IMG/VR virus record: IMGVR_UViG_3300045988_147321
DNA length: 64,000 bases
DNA from: a virus
Taxonomy: Duplodnaviria > Heunggongvirae > Uroviricota > Caudoviricetes
Reading direction: 5' to 3' (one strand)
Positions 55,081-64,000 of this stretch are shown piece by piece. How positions within the stretch are numbered: position 1 is the stretch's first letter; each line of letters begins with the position of its first letter. The position numbers and the translations under genes were made by a program. The notes beneath the pieces were generated by a model. That model saw only the letters and a program-made list of their open reading frames with translations. It made no database searches and was not told the origin of the DNA.

Positions 55081-55389
55081 TCAATATACGATCTGGTCTA
55101 CATGATCACCAAAATCATCGTCGTCGTCCTCATCGCCACCATCTACTGCTGGCCAATCAACAAACCAGCCAGCGTAAAGATGCAGCGTTCGGAGAACATC
55201 ACTTGCGGGAGCATCAAGGGTGTTAACGAATCCCATATAGCTATTGGGATTTGCCCCAGCTATGGCTTCAGCGATCATGTCCTCGGTAATGTCACCGGAG
55301 ATAATGCTTAAACGCCCGGAAACTTCTTCATTATCATCAAATTCGATAATGGCATCTCCGCCTAATGGCGCTGCGATTTTAATCTGCAT
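55081..55389 (-). CDS. ddrA: Small acidic protein, last gene of the darA operon
   Basis: 102 aa, Asp-rich C-terminus; synteny. Confidence 0.45.
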   Translation of the reverse strand: MQIKIAAPLGGDAIIEFDDNEEVSGRLSIISGDITEDMIAEAIAGANPNSYMGFVNTLDAPASDVLRTLHLYAGWFVDWPAVDGGDEDDDDDFGDHVDQIVY

Positions 55390-58366
55390 TATTTAGCTCC
55401 TTTGCCACACCTAATAACAGTTCCAGCAATCCGTCACCATTCATCAGTGATGCGGCAGCGGCCTCTTTGTCATGATACAACTGAAGAGCCATAGAGAATA
55501 CTTCCGTTGCTGACGTTTTGGAAATAGTCGGTGATTTCTGCCGAATTTTCCCGGTGTTACTTACTGAGGCTGGCGGGTATACCTTCGCCATATAAATATT
55601 ACTCAATCGAGATCTGAAGCACCATTCAGGCTTGCCACGCCCACCGATATTAACGAAAGATGGCTTATCCCCTTCAACATTGGCCTTCAGGAATGACCGG
55701 GCTTTCTCTAACAAACCAGGGTTACTGTACTCAAGATGATGACCCAGCTCGTGCCACAGTGCACTTGCATTTTCATCGTTCAAATTGACAGCAACAACAC
55801 CATTAATATTTGCATATGCCCTTCCCTGGTGGTGAACCACCTTTGATAAGGTCGAAATTTTACCGCCGGTCAGGCGATAAATATCAGCAAGTTCCTTGCG
55901 CAGGTCTATCCCACCATTCTGTCCAGCGCGGGCTTCTTCCACTTCTTCCGTGATAAAAGAGTCGGCCCACTCAAGAGCTTTTTCTTCAGATACGGATGAG
56001 TTGGCGATCGCACTGTTCATGGCAGATAACACTTTCTCGTGGACCGAACCCATACTTTGCTGATTCATTTGCCAGCGTGTCTGCGGGTTATATGAGAATC
56101 GCTTAAGTAGTTGGTCAAGATGCTCAAGTTCTTCTTCGCTGACATACTTTTTAGCCTCACCAATAATGCCGGGGAGAATATTGCCGTTAGGATTAAACGC
56201 TCGCGAAAGGAAGAGTTTCAGCGCCCCCATGCCCTCCGATGCTTCAATATCACCAATAACACGGTTAACAATGGCCGCACTCTTCGGATTAGCATCCGCC
56301 AACGCTCTGGCTACGATTTGCAGGGACGATACGACCTCACGCTGCATATCAGTCCTGATCTCATCAATAAACTCTGGCGTTATGCCGTGCTCTTTAAGGA
56401 TATCCCTGCCTTCCGCCGTTACCCCATCGATATCACCGACATGTTTATTAACCTGACTTTGCAATGCCTTAAATGCCCTCAGAATTCCACGGGCATCATC
56501 AGCTTTACTAACGGCCTTCCTGAATGCTGGCAAGAAGTCAGAGTTAACCTCATTTTGTTGATCGGCCCACTGAATGGAGGCTTCTTTCATCTCGTCCAGA
56601 GTCAGATCACCCAACGCGGTATGGTCTGTGAATATGAGCGACAACCTCTGAACCATTTCTGCCAATGGTGATGCCGAATGCGCCGCGCTAAGGAATGCTT
56701 TCACCCTGGTTGGGCGAATGGAAAACCAGTCAATAGCTGGTGGCATATCTCCGTTTTTTATCGCCTGCGCTATCTCGTCAAAGCCATCGCGCCCAAGGGA
56801 GGATGCGTGATTTAACAAGCCGCGAAGTAACGAATTGCTGATACCGAATAATCGGCACCATTTTTTCACGTCGGCAACAGGCATTCGAACAAAATGCGCA
56901 AGCACTTGTACAAGCTGTTCATCCTGGGGATCTGTACGGGAAAGCAGCCTGATCAGATGAATAATGTCTTTGATGCCGGATGCCCGATGTAATAGCAAAC
57001 TGGTATATGGAGCAACACCATTGTAACTACCGCCGGAAACGGACTCGAAAAGACCGCCGGATATCCCTTGCATGCCTTCGTTTTCCAGTTCCTGAGACAC
57101 CTGGCGAAGGATATCCTGTAACGACACATCACCACCGCCAAACATATCCCCCAGCGCCTGGCCCTGGTGCTGTAACTCATCATTGATACGTTGAGCCATC
57201 AACTTAAAGGCGGAGGCCATACGCTTCGCGCTACGGTTATTCGCGACGATGAACAACGCGAGTGCTTTCACTTCCGGGGCCGTTTCGCTGAACATATCCC
57301 CCTGAGCAATAACATCGGTAATATGCTGGCCTGACTCCTTCGATTGCCTTACCAGGTCTACCGCATCTTTCAATGCCGCCAGCGCCTTTTTATCGAGGCT
57401 ATCCGCTGTCTCAATGCCATCAACAATAGTTGTCACAGCCTGCTTGTGCGCTTCTCCTGATAAAGCCTGCATCTGGACAAAATCATTGGCTGCCGCATTA
57501 AGCGCCGTCAGAACATTACGCATGTCCGGATCAGGTTCTTCTGCAACCATCCTTACCAGGCGCGCATCCTTATATGCCTTGGCAAAGATCGCGTTTTGTA
57601 TACGGTCTACAAGTTGCCGTGTTGGTCGCCCATCTTCAGTTACAAGGCCAGCCGCCTGTGTGGCACCAACTTGCGTCATAAATCCGCGAATAAACGCGTC
57701 ATTACTGCGGCTAAGCAGATCTCCGCTTTCTGACGGGTTAAAAAGCGCCATCATCGCCGGTGTTATGCTGTCGGCATCAACAAAAGCCTTTTCACTGGCT
57801 GCCATTTCCTGAAGATCAGAAATATTTGAGTCCTTGGCAAACTGAACGCGGTCAACCTTGGTTAACCGGCGGCGCACCAGTACCGGAGCCGTCATTGATT
57901 CAACCTTTTCAGGTCGTATGCCGAATTCGGTCGCATGATCAATCAGGTACTCACGATACCGATCCGCATTGCCGTCCTGATAGGCTTTGATGATCCCCAT
58001 GGTCCGTCCATTACCTGACTCAACGGCATTGTCCTCACCAATTATCGGCGCACCATGGCTGGATAAACCGGAATCAGTAAGCTGAGCAGGCCGCAAATCT
58101 TTGGATATCTGGTTAACCTGAAGAAGGCTGGATGCGCGGGTCCGGTCGCGCGGCTGAAGTTCCTGGGGATAGTCAGGATTAATTTTCCCATCCAGAGTAT
58201 TGGATACCAAAAGAGCTGAGGCATCGACGATATCAAACGCTGTTTTTACCTCGTCTCCCTTCGCTGTCACCACATACGAAACCCGCCCATAATCGGGCAG
58301 GTTCTTTAGCAGCTCGATCAGCGTTTCTATGCTGGTGGCCATTACCACCTGATCGCTTAAGCTCAT
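55379..58366 (-). CDS. ddrB: Large darA-operon protein
   Basis: 995-aa ORF; assigned by synteny and size. Confidence 0.5.
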   Translation of the reverse strand: MSLSDQVVMATSIETLIELLKNLPDYGRVSYVVTAKGDEVKTAFDIVDASALLVSNTLDGKINPDYPQELQPRDRTRASSLLQVNQISKDLRPAQLTDSGLSSHGAPIIGEDNAVESGNGRTMGIIKAYQDGNADRYREYLIDHATEFGIRPEKVESMTAPVLVRRRLTKVDRVQFAKDSNISDLQEMAASEKAFVDADSITPAMMALFNPSESGDLLSRSNDAFIRGFMTQVGATQAAGLVTEDGRPTRQLVDRIQNAIFAKAYKDARLVRMVAEEPDPDMRNVLTALNAAANDFVQMQALSGEAHKQAVTTIVDGIETADSLDKKALAALKDAVDLVRQSKESGQHITDVIAQGDMFSETAPEVKALALFIVANNRSAKRMASAFKLMAQRINDELQHQGQALGDMFGGGDVSLQDILRQVSQELENEGMQGISGGLFESVSGGSYNGVAPYTSLLLHRASGIKDIIHLIRLLSRTDPQDEQLVQVLAHFVRMPVADVKKWCRLFGISNSLLRGLLNHASSLGRDGFDEIAQAIKNGDMPPAIDWFSIRPTRVKAFLSAAHSASPLAEMVQRLSLIFTDHTALGDLTLDEMKEASIQWADQQNEVNSDFLPAFRKAVSKADDARGILRAFKALQSQVNKHVGDIDGVTAEGRDILKEHGITPEFIDEIRTDMQREVVSSLQIVARALADANPKSAAIVNRVIGDIEASEGMGALKLFLSRAFNPNGNILPGIIGEAKKYVSEEELEHLDQLLKRFSYNPQTRWQMNQQSMGSVHEKVLSAMNSAIANSSVSEEKALEWADSFITEEVEEARAGQNGGIDLRKELADIYRLTGGKISTLSKVVHHQGRAYANINGVVAVNLNDENASALWHELGHHLEYSNPGLLEKARSFLKANVEGDKPSFVNIGGRGKPEWCFRSRLSNIYMAKVYPPASVSNTGKIRQKSPTISKTSATEVFSMALQLYHDKEAAAASLMNGDGLLELLLGVAKELNNAD

Positions 58367-58378
58367 CCCTGTTACGCC

Positions 58379-58744
58379 TTATGCTGCCTCTTTAATGTTG
58401 GCGGCTATCCATGCCGCAGTGTGCTGTTTAACCTGGTCCAGGTCGATGTATGTGCCAACATATTGACTCAAATCCTGCAAGGTACCGATAAATGCATCGG
58501 TGCTCTGATCGACGAATTTATCAGCCAGGAAATCAGCAACCAGTTTTGGCACACCATCATGTTCCGAAGGTTGTTTTTCCTCGCCACTACCACCGCCGGA
58601 CGCGCCGTACCCCATCTGTTGCATGATCTGGTCAATTTCATCGCTGATATCCAGCAACTCCATGCCACTCGCGGTCGCCGCTTTGGACATCAGAGCATCC
58701 AACTTATCGCTGAGATCCATTAACTCAATAGCTGATAGTGTCAT
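58379..58744 (-). CDS. iddB: Small acidic protein of the darA operon
   Basis: 121-aa ORF; synteny. Confidence 0.4.
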   Translation of the reverse strand: MTLSAIELMDLSDKLDALMSKAATASGMELLDISDEIDQIMQQMGYGASGGGSGEEKQPSEHDGVPKLVADFLADKFVDQSTDAFIGTLQDLSQYVGTYIDLDQVKQHTAAWIAANIKEAA

Positions 58745-60660
58745 GCCGCTACCCCCGCTTTCTGGATTGCTACCAACAGATCAGCCAGGTGGCGAGCTGC
58801 GCCGTTAACCAGCTCTTCGTTTTCCTCAAAACGTCCGGCAGCCTGAAGGGCTGCAATCGCTTCCCGGACATTGCCCCGGGCGTTACGGATCTCCGCCATG
58901 TCAGTGCTTTGTATATCCATCACGTTATTGAGATATTCAATGGCTTTATTAGCCTCTGCATCTGCTTCGCTAACCGTTTCATCAGGCTGTGCCGGGGCCG
59001 GTTCTGGCTGAGTAATCTCACCGACTTCGGCCTGCAATGCATTGATCATGCTCTGCACCATTTTCTCGGTGCCAGCGCCACCCGGAAACGCAATATTGGG
59101 GAAAGTTTTTTGAAACTGAGTTTTCAGCATTACGCGGAACTCGTCTGGTGAGCTGGTGGCCTGCTCCAGAGCTTTTTGTGCATATTTGCCAAATGGACCA
59201 TTAGTAAGTGTCTTCGCCAGGAAGTCGAAAGAATCCTCGCGAGGCAATAACTTCAGGTCGTACTCGCTCATTTGCTGATCAGAAAGCGGGGTATCGTAAG
59301 TAGCAATGCCGTAGCGTGCATATTCATAATACGGGTCACCTTCATCAGGGCGTGGCAGAATTGCTTTGTTACCTTCAGGTATTGCGCCAGGGGCCGCCGG
59401 ACGCATTTGCAGGGCATATCGATATGCACCTATAGAGACTTCTGGTTCAGGCGAAGAGCTACCGGTATCCTCCGCTGGTTCAGGTTCGACGTTTTCCGGT
59501 TTATGTTCTTCTGGTTGGACCAGGTATTCCGATACATTACCCGCTTTATAGGCTTTAAACAGCTTGCCGATCGCATCTGCCATGTCCACACCCTGTATGG
59601 ATTTAGCCTTGATCATGTACACGCTGCCATCCGAATCGGTTAACTGGATATACCCTTCACCGTCCTCAATGAATTGCTTCATTGATGCACCATTACTGAG
59701 CGTCACTTCCCCGTTCATATGCATACGATTTTTGATACTTGCAAGGCGATCCGTCATCGCGCGAGAGTGTCCACCTGTCATCCCCGCAGGAGCAATGGTT
59801 TCGCGCCCACCAGTGCGATTGAGCTGATCAATCTCCGTCTGCAAACGCTCATTCTCTTCATAAAGAGAATCCGCTTCCGATGCAACAGCGTTAATTTTCT
59901 GCTCCAGATCTACCTTCTGCCCTTCTACCGCTGCCACCTGATCCGCGAGGTCGCTCATGGCATCCTCTTTCTGGTCACTGTCAGCCTGTAGTTGGGTTAT
60001 TTCATCAACCAGGGCTTTTTTCTTCTTCTGCGCACGCTGGAATTTTGCCGAGTTTTTCTCTGCAAGGTTGGCAAGTTTCATGGTGACCTGCGCCAGCGTC
60101 ATATCACGTCCACTCATCGGAGCAACGGTGTGAGTAACGTCTTTTTTATTCAGTAAGAACTGGAAAGCAACCAGCGTATCGCTATTGGTGATCCGGTTTT
60201 CCGCTGTCGGGCTATGAAACAGAATGCTGATAGTCTGACCATCACTGAGCGGAATAATGGCTGGCAGGACCGGCAGCCCGTTAACGTTACGTGCCCGGCC
60301 AATTTCAGCGCCGCCGATCGCGCGCGCGCCGCTCTGGGCCACATCCCCCGTTTTATCACTGCCCGCAGAGATTCCGGTACCATTCAGCTTCTGGTTCAAT
60401 GCCCGGACAAATGCCTGCATGGTCCGGTGTAACTGCAAACGAGTAGAACTAATCGCCTCCAGTAAATCCGTAGCACACCAGTGGATCGGCGTGTCATAGA
60501 AGAACGTAGCCTCGATTTCCTCCAGGGTGTTGGATTCCGTCATCAGATAGCGGTCCTCACCGGCCATTAATGCGCGATATTCATCATCAGTCACTGGCGG
60601 GGGAAGCACGTCAAGCCCAGGCTTGATCGTCACCCCTTTATTGATATTGAACTGTTCCAT
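58741..60660 (-). CDS. darA: Internal head / antirestriction protein
   Basis: 639 aa, matching the P1 DarA size and position. Confidence 0.6.
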   Translation of the reverse strand: MEQFNINKGVTIKPGLDVLPPPVTDDEYRALMAGEDRYLMTESNTLEEIEATFFYDTPIHWCATDLLEAISSTRLQLHRTMQAFVRALNQKLNGTGISAGSDKTGDVAQSGARAIGGAEIGRARNVNGLPVLPAIIPLSDGQTISILFHSPTAENRITNSDTLVAFQFLLNKKDVTHTVAPMSGRDMTLAQVTMKLANLAEKNSAKFQRAQKKKKALVDEITQLQADSDQKEDAMSDLADQVAAVEGQKVDLEQKINAVASEADSLYEENERLQTEIDQLNRTGGRETIAPAGMTGGHSRAMTDRLASIKNRMHMNGEVTLSNGASMKQFIEDGEGYIQLTDSDGSVYMIKAKSIQGVDMADAIGKLFKAYKAGNVSEYLVQPEEHKPENVEPEPAEDTGSSSPEPEVSIGAYRYALQMRPAAPGAIPEGNKAILPRPDEGDPYYEYARYGIATYDTPLSDQQMSEYDLKLLPREDSFDFLAKTLTNGPFGKYAQKALEQATSSPDEFRVMLKTQFQKTFPNIAFPGGAGTEKMVQSMINALQAEVGEITQPEPAPAQPDETVSEADAEANKAIEYLNNVMDIQSTDMAEIRNARGNVREAIAALQAAGRFEENEELVNGAARHLADLLVAIQKAGVAA

Positions 60661-60661
60661 G

Positions 60662-61273
60662 TTAATTTCCTGCTTTCAGTTGCTTAAGACGGCGTTTGAG
60701 TTCGCCATTTCGGGCCTTTTCGTTATTGAGTCGGCCTGTCTCCTTATCCAGCTTCGCCCGCAAATCAGTGATCTGCTGTTGATTGAAAGACACCGAGTTC
60801 TGCGCTGATTTATAAGCGGCAACCACCTGAGCATTCCGCTGTTTTGCCTCTTGCAGGCGCTGAAAGTTGGATTTTACTGCCGGTTTCTTGTCTACCGGAT
60901 TGGCAACACGTTTCGCTTTGGCGATCAGTGATTTCTGGAATTTTGCGGAGTTTTTGCGGGCCGCTTGCCCCATGACGGTACCAAGCGTCTTGATATCCGG
61001 CGACTGAGCGTTAGGAATAGCTTTTCCATTCAGCCTCACAGACGATATATCGCCAGTATCGTTTACCTGTATGGCAAGAATTTGTCCGTCGTTAAGAACC
61101 AGCTTTGCGGTTTTAACTTTAACGCCATCTTTCGTTGTTGCGCGGTTGCTGGAGTCAACCTCAATTACCGTAACACCGGTTTTATTGATCGCCGCGATAA
61201 GGGATTTCAGCCCCTTTTCATTAACCTGGTCAAAATCGACCGTTGCATACTTATTTTTCGTCATCTGACACAT
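60662..61273 (-). CDS. hdf: Basic coiled-coil protein upstream of darA
   Basis: 203-aa ORF; synteny. Confidence 0.45.
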   Translation of the reverse strand: MCQMTKNKYATVDFDQVNEKGLKSLIAAINKTGVTVIEVDSSNRATTKDGVKVKTAKLVLNDGQILAIQVNDTGDISSVRLNGKAIPNAQSPDIKTLGTVMGQAARKNSAKFQKSLIAKAKRVANPVDKKPAVKSNFQRLQEAKQRNAQVVAAYKSAQNSVSFNQQQITDLRAKLDKETGRLNNEKARNGELKRRLKQLKAGN

Positions 61274-61694
61274 CCTGTGCGAGATTTATTACGTAACTTC
61301 TGCGGATTTGCTGAGTAACAGGGAAAATCCGATACAACGGGTTAATGAACGAGTCGCCATGCGTAACCATGACGTTGAAATGCCACAGTCGCTCTCCTTT
61401 ACCCATATATTCAGTGGGTATGTACAACCATTCACTGTTTTCGCCCTGTTCAGCCGACGTCAAACAACGTTGTTCGCCTTCAATCACTGTCGTCGGCTTC
61501 TGAACATCGCGGATCCAATATCTGACCGTTGCGCCGCGCAAAAACGGGAATTTAGACCGGTATTTGAACGGCACCCGGATGAAACCCGGTTTAATTTCCA
61601 CATCACCAAGTTCTAAATGCGTGATGTCCTTGCGTTTTAGCAAATAGCGATCGGCTAAGGCTAACGCAAGAACGCATACACCCCAGCCAATCAT
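61251..61694 (-). CDS. lydB: Antiholin-like protein
   Basis: 147-aa ORF immediately after the holin gene; synteny. Confidence 0.45.
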   Translation of the reverse strand: MIGWGVCVLALALADRYLLKRKDITHLELGDVEIKPGFIRVPFKYRSKFPFLRGATVRYWIRDVQKPTTVIEGEQRCLTSAEQGENSEWLYIPTEYMGKGERLWHFNVMVTHGDSFINPLYRIFPVTQQIRRSYVINLAQDVSDDEK

Positions 61695-62020
61695 TTCCCG
61701 CCTCCCTTTTTCACCAAACTTGTAAGAACATTCAGAATGCTATCGATATTCACTCGTTTCATCCCTGAAATCACCTCATGACCGTTATTGCTGGCTATCG
61801 TTACCATTAAGTACGTAATTGATAACTCCCAGCCCTCGTGTTGCCCCAATAGGTACGCCACCGCGCCAGCTGTCACTGCAACAAAGATCTCCGTAACCAA
61901 TCCCAACAAATTGCCAGACTGGCGACCGTCTCGGACATCCATCAGGAACGTGCCTATCCCACCAATTACTGAAAGCAGGAGCGCAATAGCAACTGGAGCT
62001 AATTCCTGTGTGTCAAGCAC
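61691..62020 (-). CDS. lydA: Holin
   Basis: 109 aa with three hydrophobic segments and a charged C-terminus. Confidence 0.55.
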   Translation of the reverse strand: MLDTQELAPVAIALLLSVIGGIGTFLMDVRDGRQSGNLLGLVTEIFVAVTAGAVAYLLGQHEGWELSITYLMVTIASNNGHEVISGMKRVNIDSILNVLTSLVKKGGGK

Positions 62021-62094
62021 AAGTTCCCTCCTACGTTGTCAGGAGGTAATGGTATGCAAAGTAACTTCTCAACCGGTTATGTTGCATAAGAGAC

Positions 62095-62358
62095 TTACCT
62101 ATTCAACCGACTTTTGGAACCTTCAATAATAAGCCTGCTATTGGCGCTGAAAATAAGAACCATGCAGCTCTGAAGGCTTTCATTCATGTCCTTATATTCC
62201 GCGAGATACATGCCAATAAAGCCAGCAAGTACGGCGGAAATACATTCGGCCAGCAATTTCTTGCATGAAGACTCGTAACGGTTTTCACATAGCCCACTCA
62301 AATACGAATACACCCCACCAAGAAGGGATAACATCACGATATGTACATAAAATGTCAT
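62095..62358 (-). CDS. Small two-segment membrane protein (holin-like)
   Basis: 87-aa ORF; possibly P1 lydC. Confidence 0.35.
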   Translation of the reverse strand: MTFYVHIVMLSLLGGVYSYLSGLCENRYESSCKKLLAECISAVLAGFIGMYLAEYKDMNESLQSCMVLIFSANSRLIIEGSKSRLNR

Positions 62359-62485
62359 TTTTTACCTATACAACAGTAAGTTGAACAACATTTGAGAACG
62401 GTATGCACTTTGTGATTTCCACACACACTGGTTTTGTTAATTAAAACCTGTAGCTTGCAATAAATAACGATAGTGGGCAGAAAAT

Positions 62486-62671
62486 ATGCTAATAGGCTAT
62501 GTACGCATATAGACAAATGAACAAAACACAGCTATGCAGTGAAAAGCACTTGAAAGCGCAGGATGTGAGCTAATTTTTGCGAATAAGGCGAGCAGCAAAA
62601 AAGCTGGGCACCCTGGGTTAAAAAAGGTTCTGCGTATGCTTTCCAGAGGTGATACCCTAGTCTCGGACTAG
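62486..62671 (+). pseudogene. Remnant of a serine DNA invertase gene (Cin/Hin/Gin family), disrupted by in-frame stops and truncated
   Basis: Reads MLIGYVRI*TNEQNTAMQ*KALESAGCELIFANKASSKKAGHPGLKKVLRMLSRGDTLV against Cin MQIGYIRVSTNDQNTDLQRNALNCAGCELIFEDK...; TAG replaces the catalytic Ser codon, TGA replaces an Arg codon. Confidence 0.6.
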
Positions 62672-62793
62672 GGACAACATTTCGAGAACAGTTTTCATTA
62701 GCGGTCAGCAGGCGCTAGATACATCGAATTGATGTGCCGCGCGATAAATGTACCTATTCTATCAAGATAAATTACACCGACGCGGCATTAGAA

Positions 62794-63366
62794 TTACAGC
62801 TCAGATTGAGTTTGGCGCTTCTCTACAGGATGATAACGATAAATCGTCGATACACCGATATCGTAAATAATTGCCAACTGTTTCCTGCTGTAGCCATTTT
62901 CGATCAACCTCGCTATTTGCTCATGTTGTTCTTTTGTCAACTTCGGGCGACGTCCGCCAATGCGTCCCTGTTCGCGTGCAGCTGCCAGTCCGGCCAGTGT
63001 TCTCTCAACAATTAATTCACGTTCCATTTCTGCTAAAGCACCCATGACATGAAAAAAGAAACGCCCCATGGGTGTTGATGTGTCAATACTGTCTGTCAGA
63101 CTACGGAAATTAACACCTTTTTCCCGCAACTCCTCTATAAGCGTGATAAGGTGTTTCATACTTCTGCCAAGCCTATCCAGCTTCCAGACAACCAGCGTAT
63201 CTCCTTCTGATAACGTTCTGAGCAGCTTTTTCAAGCCTGGTCTGGCTGACTTTGTTCCGCTTATTTTATCTTCAAAAATCAGTTCACATCCTGCGCAGTT
63301 CAGTGCATTTCTTTGTAAATCTGTGTTTTGGTCATTTGTTGACACACGAATGTAGCCAATTTGCAT
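62794..63366 (-). CDS. cin: Serine DNA invertase
   Basis: 190 aa from MQIGYIRVSTNDQ; catalytic Ser and C-terminal HTH; adjacent to tail-fibre cassettes. Confidence 0.85.
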   Translation of the reverse strand: MQIGYIRVSTNDQNTDLQRNALNCAGCELIFEDKISGTKSARPGLKKLLRTLSEGDTLVVWKLDRLGRSMKHLITLIEELREKGVNFRSLTDSIDTSTPMGRFFFHVMGALAEMERELIVERTLAGLAAAREQGRIGGRRPKLTKEQHEQIARLIENGYSRKQLAIIYDIGVSTIYRYHPVEKRQTQSEL

Positions 63367-63415
63367 GAAAAACAACCTCTTTGTTTAGTTAAAAATACAT
63401 CGTTGGTATAGGTAG

Positions 63416-63441
63416 GGATTAAGACTAAAACGTTGGTTTGG
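63416..63441. other. Candidate invertase crossover (cix-like) site
   Basis: AAGACTAAAACGTTGGTTTGGGGGAA with a core AAACC-N-GGTTT-like dyad (as its reverse complement); lies at the start of the variable cassette. Confidence 0.4.
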
Positions 63442-63899
63442 GGGAAGGCTCAGCATTGCCTGTTGGCGTACCTGTTCCGTGGCCCTCAGCCACTCCGCCA
63501 ACGGGGTGGCTGAAATGTAACGGAGCAGCATTTTCTTCTGAAAAGTACCCAAATCTGGCAAAGGCTTACCCTACTAATAAATTGCCGGATTTACGCGGTG
63601 AATTTATTCGTGGCTGGGATGACGGACGTGGTGTGGATGCCGGGCGACAATTATTATCTTCACAGGGGGATGCAATAAGAAATATTGAGGGGTTCGCAGA
63701 TGGCGGGATTGGCATGTCTTTTGATGCAATCAGAGGGGCTTTTTATGATGCAGGAACACGATCTGCGAGAATGCCGAATAACACAACTGATATAGGCAAA
63801 ACCGATGACCTTGGATTCGACGCCTCTCGTGTCGTGCCAACAGCTAATGAAAACCGTCCTCGTAATATTGCCTTTAATTATATCGTAAGGGCGGCATAA
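63438..63899 (+). CDS. Tail-fibre C-terminal variable cassette (promoterless alternative 3' exon)
   Basis: 153-aa ORF starting right at the crossover site, GEGSALPVGVPVPWP...; Gly-rich receptor-binding-like sequence. Confidence 0.5.
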   Translation: MGEGSALPVGVPVPWPSATPPTGWLKCNGAAFSSEKYPNLAKAYPTNKLPDLRGEFIRGWDDGRGVDAGRQLLSSQGDAIRNIEGFADGGIGMSFDAIRGAFYDAGTRSARMPNNTTDIGKTDDLGFDASRVVPTANENRPRNIAFNYIVRAA

Positions 63900-63921
63900 A
63901 AACGTTGGTTTGGGGGAAGGC
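63896..63921. other. Second cix-like crossover site
   Basis: GGCATAAAAACGTTGGTTTGGGGGAA; near-identical to the site at 63416. Confidence 0.4.
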
Positions 63922-64000
63922 TCTGCACTGCCTGTTGGTGTGCCCGTTCCGTGGCCCTTAGAAACACCACCAACGGGCTGGCTAAAATGCAATGGTGCAG
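63922..64000 (+). CDS. Start of a second tail-fibre variable cassette (runs off the window)
   Basis: Encodes GEGSALPVGVPVPWPLETPPTGWLKCNGA, about 85% identical in DNA to the start of the first cassette. Confidence 0.4.

Noticed and set aside
62360-62790. Insertion sequence between lydC and cin
   Set aside because: No transposase ORF or terminal inverted repeats; the only coding-like signal is the decayed invertase remnant.

Overview
This window reads as about 64 kb of a P1-like (Punavirus-type) temperate phage-plasmid from an enterobacterium. Gene order, protein sizes and hallmark sites match my recollection of phage P1; no database search was run, so all homologies are from reading the translations. 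Left to right: a partial plasmid origin (GATC heptamers and a DnaA box), a leftward upf/lipoprotein operon, uhr-hrdC(RdgC)-dmt, tRNA-Asn/Thr, a repeat-rich non-coding stretch, tciABC, tRNA-Ile(CAT), ban, a six-gene tail/baseplate block, a long rightward block of small genes (ppp, phosphatases, nucleases), hot, a LexA box with humD, phd-doc, lpa, pacA (with the pac site) and pacB, c1/coi, a lox site with cra-cre, c8, ref, mat, then lxc-ulx-darB, portal/protease, SAR endolysin lyz, ssb, the darA operon with lydA/lydB, cin and the start of an invertible tail-fibre segment. C1-operator-like 17-mers (ATTGCTCTAATAAATTT) recur throughout. The most interesting deviation is at the position where P1 carries its type III res-mod genes: here there is a single AT-rich gene for a 434-aa SIR2-domain protein, a candidate stand-alone NAD-depleting defence gene. 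Other points worth a second look are a lox site with a one-base spacer change, a terminase-large-subunit paralog with dead ATPase motifs, an invertase pseudogene with a stop at the catalytic serine codon, and four hairpin elements with compensatory base changes next to the tRNAs. Coordinates for starts are from the ORF track adjusted where a Shine-Dalgarno-like sequence or P1 protein length suggested an internal start.
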